Shown piece by piece: positions 34,273-46,600 of a stretch of 64,000 nt of DNA. The stretch is from the IMG/VR virus record IMGVR_UViG_3300020122_000238, positions 62,001 through 126,000 of that record. One strand, 5' to 3'. The translations under genes were made by a program, and so were the position numbers. Within the stretch, counting starts at the first letter, position 1. Every line of letters begins with the position of its first letter. Below the pieces are notes generated by a model. That model was not told the origin of the DNA. It saw nothing but the letters and a program-made list of their open reading frames with translations, and ran no database searches.

Positions 34273-37200
34273 ATGCCGCGAGGTCCTTTTCAGGGTACGT
34301 ACCAGGGGGGAGTTCGACCCACCGTTGTGATGGGGCCCGATGCGGTCGTCTACATCAACGGTGAGACGGATATCGTCGGCTGCCCGAGTTGTCGGAAGAG
34401 ATTCGACTGGAACAAGTACATCACGTCAATTCAGACCGATTTGAGTGTTGACGGCGCTCCTGGATCGGCGACGATCTCCCTCTCGATTCCTCGGCACTCG
34501 GTCGACGACTTCTACTTCGACGGCAACCCCATCATCACGGAAATGATGGAGGTCGAGATTTACAAGAAGGGATTCTATCTCGTTGAGGGGGTACCTCAGT
34601 ACTACCCGACCTTCTGGGGGATCATCACAGAGGTCTCCGATTCGTATTCCGGCGGCGAGCACACCGTAAGTCTACACTGCTCCGATATCCTCAAGTGGTG
34701 GGAGCTGTGTAAGATGAACATCAACCCGGCGTTCACGGCCGCTGCCGGGCAGTCGGGCCGGTCTCTTTTCGGCAACGTCTTCTTCGGGATGAATCCCTAC
34801 GACGTCATCTGGACGTTGGCGCAGTCCTCCTTTGGGGACGTCGTCATCGGGACAGGGTCTCTGATCAGCCTCTACAAGGAGCAAGGAGGGCAGAAGCAAG
34901 TCTTCGATTCAGCTCTCTCGGACATCATGCTCTACTGGGAGGAGCGCTTCTCCAGGATCCGCTCGAAGCTGGTTCTCTACGGAGTCAACGGAGTCGCTGT
35001 TCGAGGGGACTCCCTCTATGAGGCCTACCGGGCTGGCAAGAAGGGTACGGTGGGCAAGCCCTTCGCCTCACAGGCTGTCCGGACAGCCAACGGCGGGGCT
35101 GACGGTGGGCAGATGGTCTTTGACCCGACGGACCCCAGCGTCGTGGCTTTCCGTACGCAATTCCAGAATGCAGGGCAGGTCAACTTCTGGCAGTCCGAAT
35201 ACCAGACGAAGTTGGAGCTGGCGACCGCGGCGAAAGAAGCGATTGGCTTCGAGTTCTACATGGACTCGGATGGATCCATCGTCTTCAAACCCCCCTTCTA
35301 CAACCTTGATGTCTTGAGCAACAAGCCTCTGTCCTGGATCCAGGACATTGATATCATCGATTGGGACCTATCTGACTCTGAATCTGAGGTGATCACCCAG
35401 GTTCAGATGCAGGGTGCTTTTGGGGGTTCCGTCGATTACGGGATGCCTCAAGAGGTGACCCCGTTCACCTCTGTCACGGACTACCACCTTCTCCGGAAGT
35501 ACGGTTGGCGTACGCACACGTACAATTCGGAGTTTTTGGGGGATCCTCAGCTCATGTTCTACCATGGGCTCGATATCCTCGATCGCCTTAATTCAAAGAG
35601 GCATCGAGCATCCGTGACTATCCCTATGCGGCCTGAGCTGCGTTTGGGGTTCCCTATCTATCTTGCCCCCAAGGATCAGATTTGGTATATCACAGGCATC
35701 TCGCACAATATTCAATTTGGGGGTCGAGCCACAACAACTCTCACGCTGACTGCGAAGAGGGGTAAGTTCTTCGCTCCGAGGGGTATTGGCTCGATTGAGA
35801 TGACGGGGTGGAAGGACTCTAGCGGTGGGAAAAATCCGCCTGCTGTTGGCAAAACGATCCTGCCCTACACCTCGAAGCAGCTCTCGAAGGGTGGCGCCTT
35901 CAACCTCAAGATTGGGGAAGCCGCACAGCTTCCGCCCAATGTCGCTTCAGCACAAGGGGTCACGAAAGACAATCCCTACGCAATTCTGGAGTTGTTTCAC
36001 CCCAAGACCCATCGACGGGTTGGTTACCCCAACGTGATCATGGCGTACACCCGCCCGTTCTCTCCGTCGCCTGACGACCTGACGAAGAACAAGGGGCAGA
36101 AGAAGGCGGGGTACAACCCGTACACGGACAAGAGCGTCAAGCCGAAGATCGAGCAGACGGCGAAAGCTCTCTCGGACTACCTCGACAAGGCCTTGGTGAA
36201 TGGCGACGAGGACCGGCTTCGGGAGAAGCACCTGACGAACCGATACCAGTATGGGCTCAACTCGGCTGGCGTCTACGTCTACGCGCACGACAAGAGCAAG
36301 GTGATCGGGGAGATTGTCCTTCTTCCCACGAAGAACTTGACGGTTTCCCCCGAATCCAAGACGAAGACCTTCCCTGGCTCGACGGCGATGATTCGTCCTG
36401 TGTCCGATGAGCGCGGTTTCGAGGTCATCGGACACTTCAGGTATGGGCGTGGGGTGTCTCTTCGGGATGGGAGCTTGGTCGCTTCTGGGGGCGTAAATGA
36501 GAAGGCCAACGTGGACCTTCAGCTTGCGCTCTCGGGGGACCTCTTCGCGTCCTTGAATGCCCAATCCCAGGGGCTCACTTCAGTCGTTACGGTATACGCC
36601 AGTCCGGCTGATGCAGTAGCGAGGCTTCAGCCTGAAGACCTTCAGACTTCGGGCATCGTGAACCCGGACACCAAGCAGGCGGAGTTCACGAACACGGGGA
36701 CCAACTTCGTGGACTCCGCTCCCTTGGGCTCCCCCGAGCAGGTTGGTGTGCCCGCCAGTGTCGAAGCTGGCCAGCTCTCCAAGGCGCTCACCTTGGCAGA
36801 GCTGACGCTGTCCAAAGACGTGACGCTCCCTGATGACAAGTGCGCTTGTGTCCTCGGGCGATCTGACCTTGCATTCATTGCTGTGGGCTACCAGGTCAAG
36901 ATCCTGAATGGGGCGGCACCTGACAACAACAGCCTTCTCCAACCGGGAACGGATGGAGTGTCTTTCTTCGGGGACCAGGGGCTCACGAATCTGGGAGGTC
37001 CTGTGTCTACCGACTTGGCTGTCCAGAGTCCTGCGGAAGTGGCAACCAAGGTCGACACGTTCCTCTACACGCTCTACCAAGCTCTCGATGCTCCCCACCA
37101 AGAATACGAGAAGGCCCTCCGGGGGGACATCCTCACCGAACAGCAAGATTCAGGGTTGGGGCCTTTCGGTCCCAACCCTATCTCGGATTTCAACCCACCC

Positions 37201-37512
37201 TTCTCCAGTCCGAATCGTGCTGAGCTGGGTGACCCGGAAGCCATTGCCAACCAGGTCAACTCGTCTTCGGCGAGCCTTGCATCGAACTGGCAGAATTTCG
37301 GGGACAAGCTCCGTGCTGGGGCGGAGAAAGCGCAGCTCCAGGGGGATATTCAGAGGGCCAAGGGCGAGATCGCCAATCTAAAGGCAGAGCTTGGGGCTTT
37401 GCCTTCGGGCACGCCTCAAATCATGATCCAACAGATCCAAGACCAGATCGGGAAGCTCCAGCAAGAAATCATGCAGGACCAGCTCAAGATCGCTTCTCTT
37501 GCGGCAGTGTGA
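34273..37512 (+). CDS. Baseplate hub protein (gp27/gp44-like)
   Basis: GFEFYMDSDGSIVFKPPFYN, LRKYGWR, ASVTIPMRPELRLGFPIY...WYITGISHNI. Confidence 0.75.
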   Translation: MPRGPFQGTYQGGVRPTVVMGPDAVVYINGETDIVGCPSCRKRFDWNKYITSIQTDLSVDGAPGSATISLSIPRHSVDDFYFDGNPIITEMMEVEIYKKGFYLVEGVPQYYPTFWGIITEVSDSYSGGEHTVSLHCSDILKWWELCKMNINPAFTAAAGQSGRSLFGNVFFGMNPYDVIWTLAQSSFGDVVIGTGSLISLYKEQGGQKQVFDSALSDIMLYWEERFSRIRSKLVLYGVNGVAVRGDSLYEAYRAGKKGTVGKPFASQAVRTANGGADGGQMVFDPTDPSVVAFRTQFQNAGQVNFWQSEYQTKLELATAAKEAIGFEFYMDSDGSIVFKPPFYNLDVLSNKPLSWIQDIDIIDWDLSDSESEVITQVQMQGAFGGSVDYGMPQEVTPFTSVTDYHLLRKYGWRTHTYNSEFLGDPQLMFYHGLDILDRLNSKRHRASVTIPMRPELRLGFPIYLAPKDQIWYITGISHNIQFGGRATTTLTLTAKRGKFFAPRGIGSIEMTGWKDSSGGKNPPAVGKTILPYTSKQLSKGGAFNLKIGEAAQLPPNVASAQGVTKDNPYAILELFHPKTHRRVGYPNVIMAYTRPFSPSPDDLTKNKGQKKAGYNPYTDKSVKPKIEQTAKALSDYLDKALVNGDEDRLREKHLTNRYQYGLNSAGVYVYAHDKSKVIGEIVLLPTKNLTVSPESKTKTFPGSTAMIRPVSDERGFEVIGHFRYGRGVSLRDGSLVASGGVNEKANVDLQLALSGDLFASLNAQSQGLTSVVTVYASPADAVARLQPEDLQTSGIVNPDTKQAEFTNTGTNFVDSAPLGSPEQVGVPASVEAGQLSKALTLAELTLSKDVTLPDDKCACVLGRSDLAFIAVGYQVKILNGAAPDNNSLLQPGTDGVSFFGDQGLTNLGGPVSTDLAVQSPAEVATKVDTFLYTLYQALDAPHQEYEKALRGDILTEQQDSGLGPFGPNPISDFNPPFSSPNRAELGDPEAIANQVNSSSASLASNWQNFGDKLRAGAEKAQLQGDIQRAKGEIANLKAELGALPSGTPQIMIQQIQDQIGKLQQEIMQDQLKIASLAAV

Positions 37513-37515
37513 TCC

Positions 37516-39699
37516 ATGGGAAACGGCGACTACAACCCCAAGCGGCCTATCGGCTCAACCCCTGGCATGGGGTTCGCGGACAAGGCCAACCCGCTCGGCC
37601 TCAAGGTGGGCATCATCACTCGTGTCGACGAGCTGAACCTGAAGGCCGATGTGAAGATTCTCACGGGGGGAGGGGACCGCTTCGAGGTGGACCTTACCCA
37701 GGCTATGGCGGGCCCGCGGAGCTTCTGGGGGGGCATTCCTGAGCTGAACTCCTTGGTGGTCATCGGCTACCGGCAGAAGCACAAGCAGCTCACAGAAGCG
37801 ATGATCCTCGGCTACATCCCGGTGGGGAATCGTAGCGGTCTGAGGTTCGATCCGTTCGCCCCCGAGGACCCTTCCAACATCGCTCCGGAGGATGCGGCTC
37901 TCTACAAGAAAGTCATCGGGAACACCATTCGGCACAAGCGCCTGAAGATGAGCCCTGGCGATGTGGGCGGTATGAGTTCCGAGGGCGCGGAGCTGGTTCT
38001 CTCTCGGGACATCCGGATGTCCAATCGAGCAGGGGACCTCTTCGAGCTTCGAGACGCGGAACGCTCGATCGTGGCTCAGTCGATTCACAGGGTTGAGAGC
38101 GAAGCGGGTGTCAAGAGGCTCTCGGGACCTATCCGAAGGGGCGCCTTCTTCTTGCCTCCGGACATCTTCCAATCGGGGGGCAACATCCTCAAGAGCGAGA
38201 CGGATCGTTACTTCGGGCGGGACGAGCTGCAAGCTGCGGGACCCGGAACGGCTGGCTTCGCGACGAAGTATTCCAACGCCAGCGGGCAGGTCCTCGACGT
38301 CTTCAACAACACGGCCGAGTTCCCTCCGGTCATGTACACGAACGGCCGCCAGGTCCACTACGCGGCCACCATCCCCGCGACGAGCGTCGAGGACTCCGAG
38401 GAAGGAGCCCCCGAGGCCTTCACGGAGTATCGCATCGAGATGGCACACACGTCAGATCTCTCCCAGGATGTCTTGGGTGAGATCGACGGGTTCGCAATGA
38501 ATCCCCGTCGGATCTACATCGAGCAGGTCTTGGGTACGACGGTGGGCAACGATCCTTCCGACGGGATGGGGATGCGGCAGTACGCGCGGATCCTTCGTCC
38601 CAAGCTCTTCGACGACTTCGGGCAGACCGGGCCGGGGACGTTCGCCATGGAGGCTATCCCGCGTTCCCCATTGGAGCCGGATGTCGAGTCGCTGACGACC
38701 GCGGGTGCCTACCTCTTCAAGATCCAACCGCCTATTTCGGATACCGAGGGAGACCCCTTTGCCCTTGCGATCCAGAAACAGGGAAAGGTGCTGCTCAACA
38801 TCCCGGGAAGTCGGGTCGATCGCTACCCCCGCGAGAAGAACATCTCGGCGGAGGTCAACATGGGTGGGGCCCTCAAGATGTTCTTGGGCTCCTCGGCTCC
38901 CGACAACGTCTCGCTCTACCTCTCAGCTCAAGGGGGCATCAAGGCCGACCTTGGGCACAACAGCGATTCGGGGAACGCGATCGACGTCACCTATCACTGC
39001 GGCGTAAACCAGACGTTCTTGGGGTCTCAGAACGAGGACAACCTAGCCACCCAGCAAGACATTCAAGGCAATGCCTCGATCGTCTGCTCAGGAGACTACA
39101 TCCTGAGCACGAAGGGGTCGATCAACGCGACATCTAACGGGGCTTGGGCTATACAGGCCGACCAGGTCAACATCAACGGAATCAACGGCGCGACTCTGAA
39201 CTGTGGGGGCTACAACGTCCTCGTCTCGGGGAAGACGCAGTACAACTACGCGCTCGCAGTGCTGGAGACCGTTGTTCTTGGGGGGTACGTCAAAACTGTC
39301 CTGGCGGGGGCTCTGATTCAGAACGTGGCTGCGGGTGCTGTCACCTACAACACTCTGGCTGGGGCCACCCTCTTCAACAACCCCGCAGGAGCTTTCAGCA
39401 TCACTGTGGGAACGGGGGCTGTGGCCATCACCACGGCGAGCGGGGCAGTCACCTTGTCGACGGGAGCTGGGGCTATCGCGCTCACCGCGGGAGCTGGGGC
39501 TATCGCCATCACTGCCGGGCTGGCCATCAACTTGACGGCTACCATCATCTCGCTGATCTCCCCTCAGATTCTACTTGGGGGTCCACCCGCTGTTTTGGGG
39601 GTCTCCCGAGGGATTCCGATGATGCCACCAGGGGTTCCGTCTCTCGACTGGATTACAGGGATCCCTCTTCAGGGCAGCGCCATGGTCAGGTCCATCTAG
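37516..39699 (+). CDS. Central spike protein (gp5/gpV/VgrG-like)
   Basis: N-terminal OB fold GIITRVD...IPELNSLVVIGY; C-terminal ~9-aa beta-helix repeats (GAVAITTAS/GAVTLSTGA/GAIALTAGA). Confidence 0.75.
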   Translation: MGNGDYNPKRPIGSTPGMGFADKANPLGLKVGIITRVDELNLKADVKILTGGGDRFEVDLTQAMAGPRSFWGGIPELNSLVVIGYRQKHKQLTEAMILGYIPVGNRSGLRFDPFAPEDPSNIAPEDAALYKKVIGNTIRHKRLKMSPGDVGGMSSEGAELVLSRDIRMSNRAGDLFELRDAERSIVAQSIHRVESEAGVKRLSGPIRRGAFFLPPDIFQSGGNILKSETDRYFGRDELQAAGPGTAGFATKYSNASGQVLDVFNNTAEFPPVMYTNGRQVHYAATIPATSVEDSEEGAPEAFTEYRIEMAHTSDLSQDVLGEIDGFAMNPRRIYIEQVLGTTVGNDPSDGMGMRQYARILRPKLFDDFGQTGPGTFAMEAIPRSPLEPDVESLTTAGAYLFKIQPPISDTEGDPFALAIQKQGKVLLNIPGSRVDRYPREKNISAEVNMGGALKMFLGSSAPDNVSLYLSAQGGIKADLGHNSDSGNAIDVTYHCGVNQTFLGSQNEDNLATQQDIQGNASIVCSGDYILSTKGSINATSNGAWAIQADQVNINGINGATLNCGGYNVLVSGKTQYNYALAVLETVVLGGYVKTVLAGALIQNVAAGAVTYNTLAGATLFNNPAGAFSITVGTGAVAITTASGAVTLSTGAGAIALTAGAGAIAITAGLAINLTATIISLISPQILLGGPPAVLGVSRGIPMMPPGVPSLDWITGIPLQGSAMVRSI

Positions 39700-40269
39700 A
39701 TGCCTTTTCCAATGCCTGTGGTTGTAGGCTTGGTGGCGGCGAATCTCCTGTCAGGGGGGATCATTGGACCAGCCGTTCCCGTTCTAGCAAACGGTATTGC
39801 TACGGGCATCATTACCTGGGTGCCCACAGTCTTGGTCGTCACAGTGGATGTAGGGGCATCGGGGGTGGGTTCGGGTCAACTTCCATTTGTGGCTCCCTTG
39901 GGAGTGTTGATTCCTGCAATGCTCGCGAGCTTTGCGGCGAACCAGATGCTCGGACCTATGGCTCCCCTGGAAGCTTTGGCTTTGGCCAAAGGGGTCAGTG
40001 CTGCCCTTTCTCTTGGAATCTTGAAGACAACGCATGCTGGTGTAGGGTCAGGGACAGGAGTCGTACGTCTCATTGCCCCCCCCGCGTTCCCTTTTCTCTC
40101 GTCGGCGTTCAAGTCTTCGGGTATGAAGGGGGTCACCGCTGAGAAAAAGGCGAAAGCCATCTCGGACGCACTTCTGATTGCATTCGCTATTTTCACGGTC
40201 CCCATTCCAATTGTAGGCCCCGTCGGGCCTACTCCCGGGTCTGGTTCAGGGATCGGCAATATTATCTGA
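39700..40269 (+). CDS. Hydrophobic Gly/Ala-rich protein, candidate spike tip
   Basis: Abuts the spike gene; almost uncharged. Confidence 0.6.
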   Translation: MPFPMPVVVGLVAANLLSGGIIGPAVPVLANGIATGIITWVPTVLVVTVDVGASGVGSGQLPFVAPLGVLIPAMLASFAANQMLGPMAPLEALALAKGVSAALSLGILKTTHAGVGSGTGVVRLIAPPAFPFLSSAFKSSGMKGVTAEKKAKAISDALLIAFAIFTVPIPIVGPVGPTPGSGSGIGNII

Positions 40270-40278
40270 ACATACATC

Positions 40279-40665
40279 ATGCCAACCCATATCAACACAA
40301 CCGAATTGATTAACGATCTTCGGATTTTCATTCTCGAATATCCGGAAGTTGAAGCGGGCGAAGATTTGACCGCCTGTGGGGAAGGGTTACTTCGTTTTTG
40401 GGTGGGGCCCATTGGGGGTCACCCTCAGTGGAATGAGACTCCTCGGGAGTTTATCATTCGATCAGACAATCTTCGGCGAACTCCTCCTCAAGATACACAA
40501 TATTACAATTTAATCCGTACAAGACAGGGCCGAGCGGAATTAATCCGCTTATTCCGCTCCTACACACCACCGCCCCCTCAATTACCCAGCACGTCTTTTA
40601 ATTTTGAAGCTCATTCCCAACGCTTGACTGCTTGGTCCTTTGTTTTGGAAAACGAAGAACTTTGA
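40279..40665 (+). CDS. AT-rich hypothetical protein with C-terminal TAWSFVLENE motif
   Basis: 128-aa ORF of low GC inserted in the baseplate operon. Confidence 0.6.
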   Translation: MPTHINTTELINDLRIFILEYPEVEAGEDLTACGEGLLRFWVGPIGGHPQWNETPREFIIRSDNLRRTPPQDTQYYNLIRTRQGRAELIRLFRSYTPPPPQLPSTSFNFEAHSQRLTAWSFVLENEEL

Positions 40666-40696
40666 TTCATTGTAATGTGAGTACAAGGGTATAGTT

Positions 40697-43600
40697 ATGG
40701 GCTTTTCATTTAAGGGGTACGTCCTCGAACCCCCGCGTGTTGGACAGGCGAACTCCTCCTTCACGTCGTCTCCGAACAACTTCGTTTCGGATGATGTGGC
40801 GTTCGCTGCGATCTATCCTTTGGGGTCAGAGCCATCTCCCCGAGCTGAGTACCTGGTTCTCGTGCTCGGAGACGGCTCTTTGGCTGACGGAACCTTCGGG
40901 TGGACCAAGAACGAGGTCCTTCGGCGATTTGATTACGATGGTCGAGACCAAACTTTCAAACCCCTTCCTGGGGGAGCACTGATCGATGTGGGGGTCGTTG
41001 ATTCGACGATCAACACCCTCGCGACTCGACTCAAAGTCCCTCCGCCTGTTGTGGTTGCTTCCCCCGCGGCAGCCGCACCTTATCGTCTTTCGGTGGGGTC
41101 GGGGTCGGGGACTCAGCTCGCAACTTCGTTGGTGCTGGCGTTTGGATCTCCTTCGGTGGGGACCGTCGAGATCCTCCGCACGACGGGGCAGCTCAACTGG
41201 AACCCGGCCGATCTCGTGACCTACGTTGGCCAGCATGTGCGCTTCCAGCGCCAGAGCTTCTATGGGTTTGCGGAATCGAGTGGGCTTCTTGATCTTTCGT
41301 CTGACGCCCTATTGCTGAACCCCCTCCCGGCAACAGGTCAAGTGCCTCTCATTCGGGCTGGTTTCAGCTTGCACCTCATCGCAGATGAGGTCCCGAACGA
41401 GGGGTCTTTTTCGGGTAACCCCCCTTCTGGACATGTCGAGTGGGCTCGGACGACGGGACGTCTCAAGTTCAATTCAACCCTTCCGCTCAACTCGATCTAC
41501 TACGATGGCGTGCTGATGGCCACGGGGCTTCAATTGCCCCGTCAGACTATCGGGACCATCACAAGTCCTGACCCTATCGTTGGGCTCCCTGTCGATGGGG
41601 GAGACATCATCTTCCGTGTTCCTGGCGTCGTTCAGTTCCCACAACAGGAACGTGTGTCGCAGTTCAACCCCAATGGGAAGTTCGGCGTTGTCCAGATCCA
41701 ACCCGTCGGTAGCACGGGTCTTGTCGAGTTCTCTTTCATCGACAAGATCCTGTACGCAGGACAGCCCGTCGAGGTGATCTTCGGGGACCTCCTCATCGAG
41801 CGTGGAGTCTCGATGAGGTTCTTCCGGACGCCCGTGAATCTCAACGGTGCCGACCCGACGATCAAGGACATCACCAACGTCTACACAACCACGAATGCCA
41901 CGTTGGCCGATCCTATCATTGGGTCCCCCCAGGTCTTCCTCCCTGCGATCCCCATCGATGACCCTGTCTACCCCATCACTGTGCATGTGGAGCAGGGAAC
42001 GGGGCTCTTTCCTCCGGGGGTATTTCCGCGCCTCGATGTCCTACCCCTGCCCACGGGTCCTGGACCGACATACGGCTACATCCTCGACCTCCCGAAGCGG
42101 ATCTTCCAGTACGCCCAGCGGAAGAACAACGTTCTCGTCACCATCCCTCAGCTTGCCGGGGCTATCGCTCTTCCTGACCCTCTCGTCTTGACGACGAACT
42201 TCCTGGTCTCCCTGGAGACGGGGGTGGGGACGGGCATCTATACCCCGTTGACTCTCGGCCTTGACGCCATCCTCGAAGCAACCAGCGGGGTCGTCAACTT
42301 CACCACCACGCAGGGGACGAGCATCACCTCGGGCTCGACGGCGTCGTTCTCTGGGACCACGTTCACGGATACTGCGGGAGACTTCTCCGCTGTCCATGTG
42401 GGGGACACCCTCTCGATTCTCTCCGGCATCAACACCGTGTATACGGTCGCTGCCTTGATCTCCGGGACGTCCTTCAGAACGGATCTACCCGGCTCCGGTT
42501 CGGGTCTGAGCTACGAGATTCATCGTAGCCGTGAGGTTCTCGCCGATCGTTTCTTTCAAGAGGCGGTGCTCATCGACCCCAACACGAAGGTTGAGCGGGT
42601 GCGTTCTCTTGGGCCGATCCAGAACCTCCTCTCCTTCAACCTCGTTGGGCTAGCTCTGGGCACTTTCCCTGACCTCAGCACGTTCGAGGACCTGACTACG
42701 GACTTCATCAATATTGGGGTCCAGCCGGGGTACACCCTCACTTTGGCCTCTGGTCCCGATGCGGGGAGTCGCCGCATTGTTCGAGCTGTATCCCAGTTCC
42801 AGCTCACGGTTGAAGTTGATTTCATCTCAGTCACGGCAGCCTCCTACGGACTTGGTCGTAGGCTACACATTCCGCGATCGGCTGTTCAGAACGCTCGTTT
42901 TCGATTCGGCGCCAACACGTTCTCGACCTCGGTTGTCTTGGTTCCGAAGGACAGCAATTTCACGGACCCGTCGTTGATCCCTCAAGGACAGGTGGAAATC
43001 TCCCAGGAGACGGGCAACCTGAACTTCAGCGATGTGGACATCGCCGCTGGTCAAGATGTCTACTGGGTCAACCTTCTGACCCAAGGGCGGGACTACAAGA
43101 TCCAATCGGGCTTCGGGCTCGTCGAGTTCACGGATCGTTTCCTGGCTCTCGAAGAAGCCCTCATCACGTACACGCCGCTTACGGGAGATGGCCCCGCGCC
43201 GTCTTCAATCACGGAGAGGGCGACCTTCCTCGTGCGGAAGGAGATTGCACAGGATCACCCATCTCCGGTGTCGACCGTCTTCTTCAACCCTCTCGGGCGC
43301 TCTGTTGCCTCGAATCCTGTGCCGGGGGTTTACCGGGGTGGACGCCCTCAAAAGATCGGGACACAGGTCCTTGTCGATGTGGCAGCTTCCTCGGTCACCT
43401 TCCTGGCAGATGAACAGGTGACTGAAGCTCTTCCGCACGGCTCTGTGTTGGAACCCGACGAGCGGGTCTACGTCGACTACTTCGTCTACGAGGCTATTGG
43501 AGGCGAGAAGTCCGTTACGGTTCTCCAGCCTCCGATGTTCGTGGTTCAGGTGTCGTTGGAGGATGGGGCGACTTCGTTCGATGTCATCGGAGATCAGACG

Positions 43601-46600
43601 ACGGTCTTCCCGGCGGGGTATCTCCTTCGTGTTGAGACGGAGCGGGTCTTCCTCCTTGAGAGTTCGACTTACAATGCTCCGACCAACCTCACGACGGTCA
43701 CCCTGTCGTCGGGCTCGGACTTCCAAGAGACCTTGACGGGGCCCAAGCTTTACGTCTCCTCTGGCCCCATTCGTGTCCAACCCGCTGTCCTCTTCAGCTC
43801 GTACTTCGTCACGGAGTTGACTCCCTACGAGCCGGTCGCGCGAGGGATGAACAAGGTCTACATCCCTGGGGATCGAGCGGGGTCCTATCGAACGGGCTCA
43901 ATCCTTCTCTTCACGGATGGTCTGAGCAGTTTCCTCGACTTCTACCAGGTGACGGGGGCACTCTTGAACGAGTTCGGGAAGACGGAGATCACCCTCTCCT
44001 CGAACGTCCTCCGTCAGTACACGCCAGGGATCCATGCCCTCAAGGTCTCTGCACGGCCCATCCTGGAGGCCTCTGCAAAGAAGACCCTGACGAGCCGGTC
44101 TCCTGTGTTGACGCAGCCCTACTCGGTCTACCGTCGCATTGAAGGGCAAGTGGGGCACCTTCTCACGCAGTTGGTGGATTACACCCTCGATGAATCTGGG
44201 CAGATCACCTTCTCCCCTCCGTTGCAGGCTCGGGAAGAGATCACCTTGTTCTACACGGGGTATCGTCTCGTTCAGGCAGGGCTCCGGCTCCAGGCATCCT
44301 ATACGACCGTCATTGCTCCTGACGACGTTGTGAATGGGCTCGTGAACCAGAGCCTCCAGATGGATTACTCGATCTACTCGGCGGACTCCTTCTACTATCG
44401 GGTCGAGACGAGGACGAACTTTCGAATCGAGGTGGCGAAATCGATCTCCGATGATGCGAAGGCCGCCTCTCCTTCGGGAGGGCCCAACCTCTCGAACACG
44501 GCGGCCTCGAAGCTCTACGATCAAGGGCGGGAGTCGGTCTTCTTCTCCGAGGGGCACATCGCCAACGAAGACCTCGTCGCTCAGGTCATGCTCAAGCACT
44601 ACAACGACGCGACCAACTACCTGGAGGATGTCCTTCGGGATCTTGATGGTCGAGTCATTGGCTGCGCTGACGGGCGGTTCATCTTCGATGGAAAGCTCGA
44701 TAACCCGTTGGTGCCCTTGCCGCCGTTGGCCCAAGTCCCCCCGGGGCCGTTGCCTCAGCCTCCCAAGACTCTCTCGGCCTCGACGAATCAGATCGACGAC
44801 CAGGTTCTTCTCACACCGTTTCCCCTTGACCTGTCTGGGGGGCTCATTCCGTTCACGTTCACCGGGACGTGGGTGCCTGTCTTCAACCCTGGGCCTCTCA
44901 GTCGCTTCTACCCCACCGTGAAGTCCACGTTCGGGATCACGATCTCGGGGAAGGACACGAACGCTCAAGTCCAAGACGAGATCCTGGACCTGGGGGCAAA
45001 AAACCTGACGGGAGTCCAACAGATTCGCCGAAGGAGCCCGCGAGCCCGGATCCTCAAGCCGGCTCAAACGGGCTCCTCGACGTTCTACACGACAGACCCG
45101 AACGCGACCGACACGTTGTTGAGGCCCGCGTTCGTTGTCGGGCAAGCTGTTGATATCATTGCAGAAGATGGGACCCCTCTGCACGTCAACATTCCGCCTA
45201 ACGGCCTGGTACCCCCGCTCATCGTGATCACGAGCATTGGATCAAGCCCCGATACGATCACCATCGGTTTCCCGACCACGGTTGACATTCCGGCGGGAGC
45301 AACGATCACGGCCCCTCTTCTGGAGCCTGGGTATCCGAATCCCCCATATACGCCTGTGGGGAAGATTTACACGATTGGGCTTGAGTTCCTCGTCAACTTC
45401 GAGAAGGGGACGTTGCTATACCCCTTTGATATGTCTCTCTTCGGGATCCCATCGACTCCCCCCAACGCCAATGAGAGGATCCAGGCGGCGATCACCTTGA
45501 GCAACTCGTTGACGGAGCCCTTGCGATTCCCGGCTCTCGACGGGATTGCCTTGGACGATGACGGTGACGAATCGATCCCGCTCGTGAGTCCTTCGTTCGA
45601 GAGCGAGCTAGGTTTGCTCGGTTTCGAGCAAGACTATGTGGGGACGGGGAGTCCCTCTGTGGGGGGGATCCTCCAGAATCCCCTCACAACGCCGCCCTAT
45701 GTGGGGACGGGGAGCTTGAACGTCGCCAAGACCATCATTACGGCCGCCGTCAACTTCCCTAGCCCTGTCCCCCAGATGTACGACCTCGTGCGTATCACGG
45801 GTGGGCTCAATGGCTCGACCAGCTACCGACGAATCACGGCCGTTGGAGCCAACACGGTGACTGTGGACACGGCGTTCACTACCCAGGATGCAGGTTTCCC
45901 GTTCACCATCACGGTGAGCAACCGGACCACGGTATCTGGTTTCTTGGTGAGCAGCGTGGGGAATGTCATGACGGACACGACCGCGGACTTCACCACGGGT
46001 GGTGTTCGAGCGGGGTATACGGTTGTGATCACGTCAGGGGTGTCCGCTGGAGATCGCCGGCAGATCGTCTCCTTCACGACAAATGACTTGGCGGTGGACC
46101 ATCCCTTCACAACTGACGGAGTCATTCTCCAGTATCGTATCGACGATGCGCTCAACACCTTCAGTGACCTTGCGCATCTCACCTCGTCCTTGACGGCTGC
46201 GAAAGCTCTCATTCTCACCAATGTGGCTCCAGCTCTCCCTGCAATCACTCCCGTCAACTCGGAGAAGATCGCAATCGAGGCGTTCTTTGAGTACGTGTTG
46301 ACCGACCTCCTTTCGCCCATCACCCAGGTGGGTACGGCTGCGGGAACGGTGTTGACGGGAACCACGGACTTCGTTGCAGCCGGGGTACAAGCTGGGGACC
46401 TCGTCTACATCCCTACGGATGGCAACGGGAATGACGGCTTCTACAAGGTCGTGAATCCCCCTCCGACGACAACCACCCTCAACGTTGATGTGGCTTTCGC
46501 CACCAATGCCGCGGTCTCTTTCCGCGTGACGCGGGCATTTGGGGTGACGATCAAGAAGAGCTTCTCTGACCTCTTCACCATCCTCAAGAACTCTGTGGCT

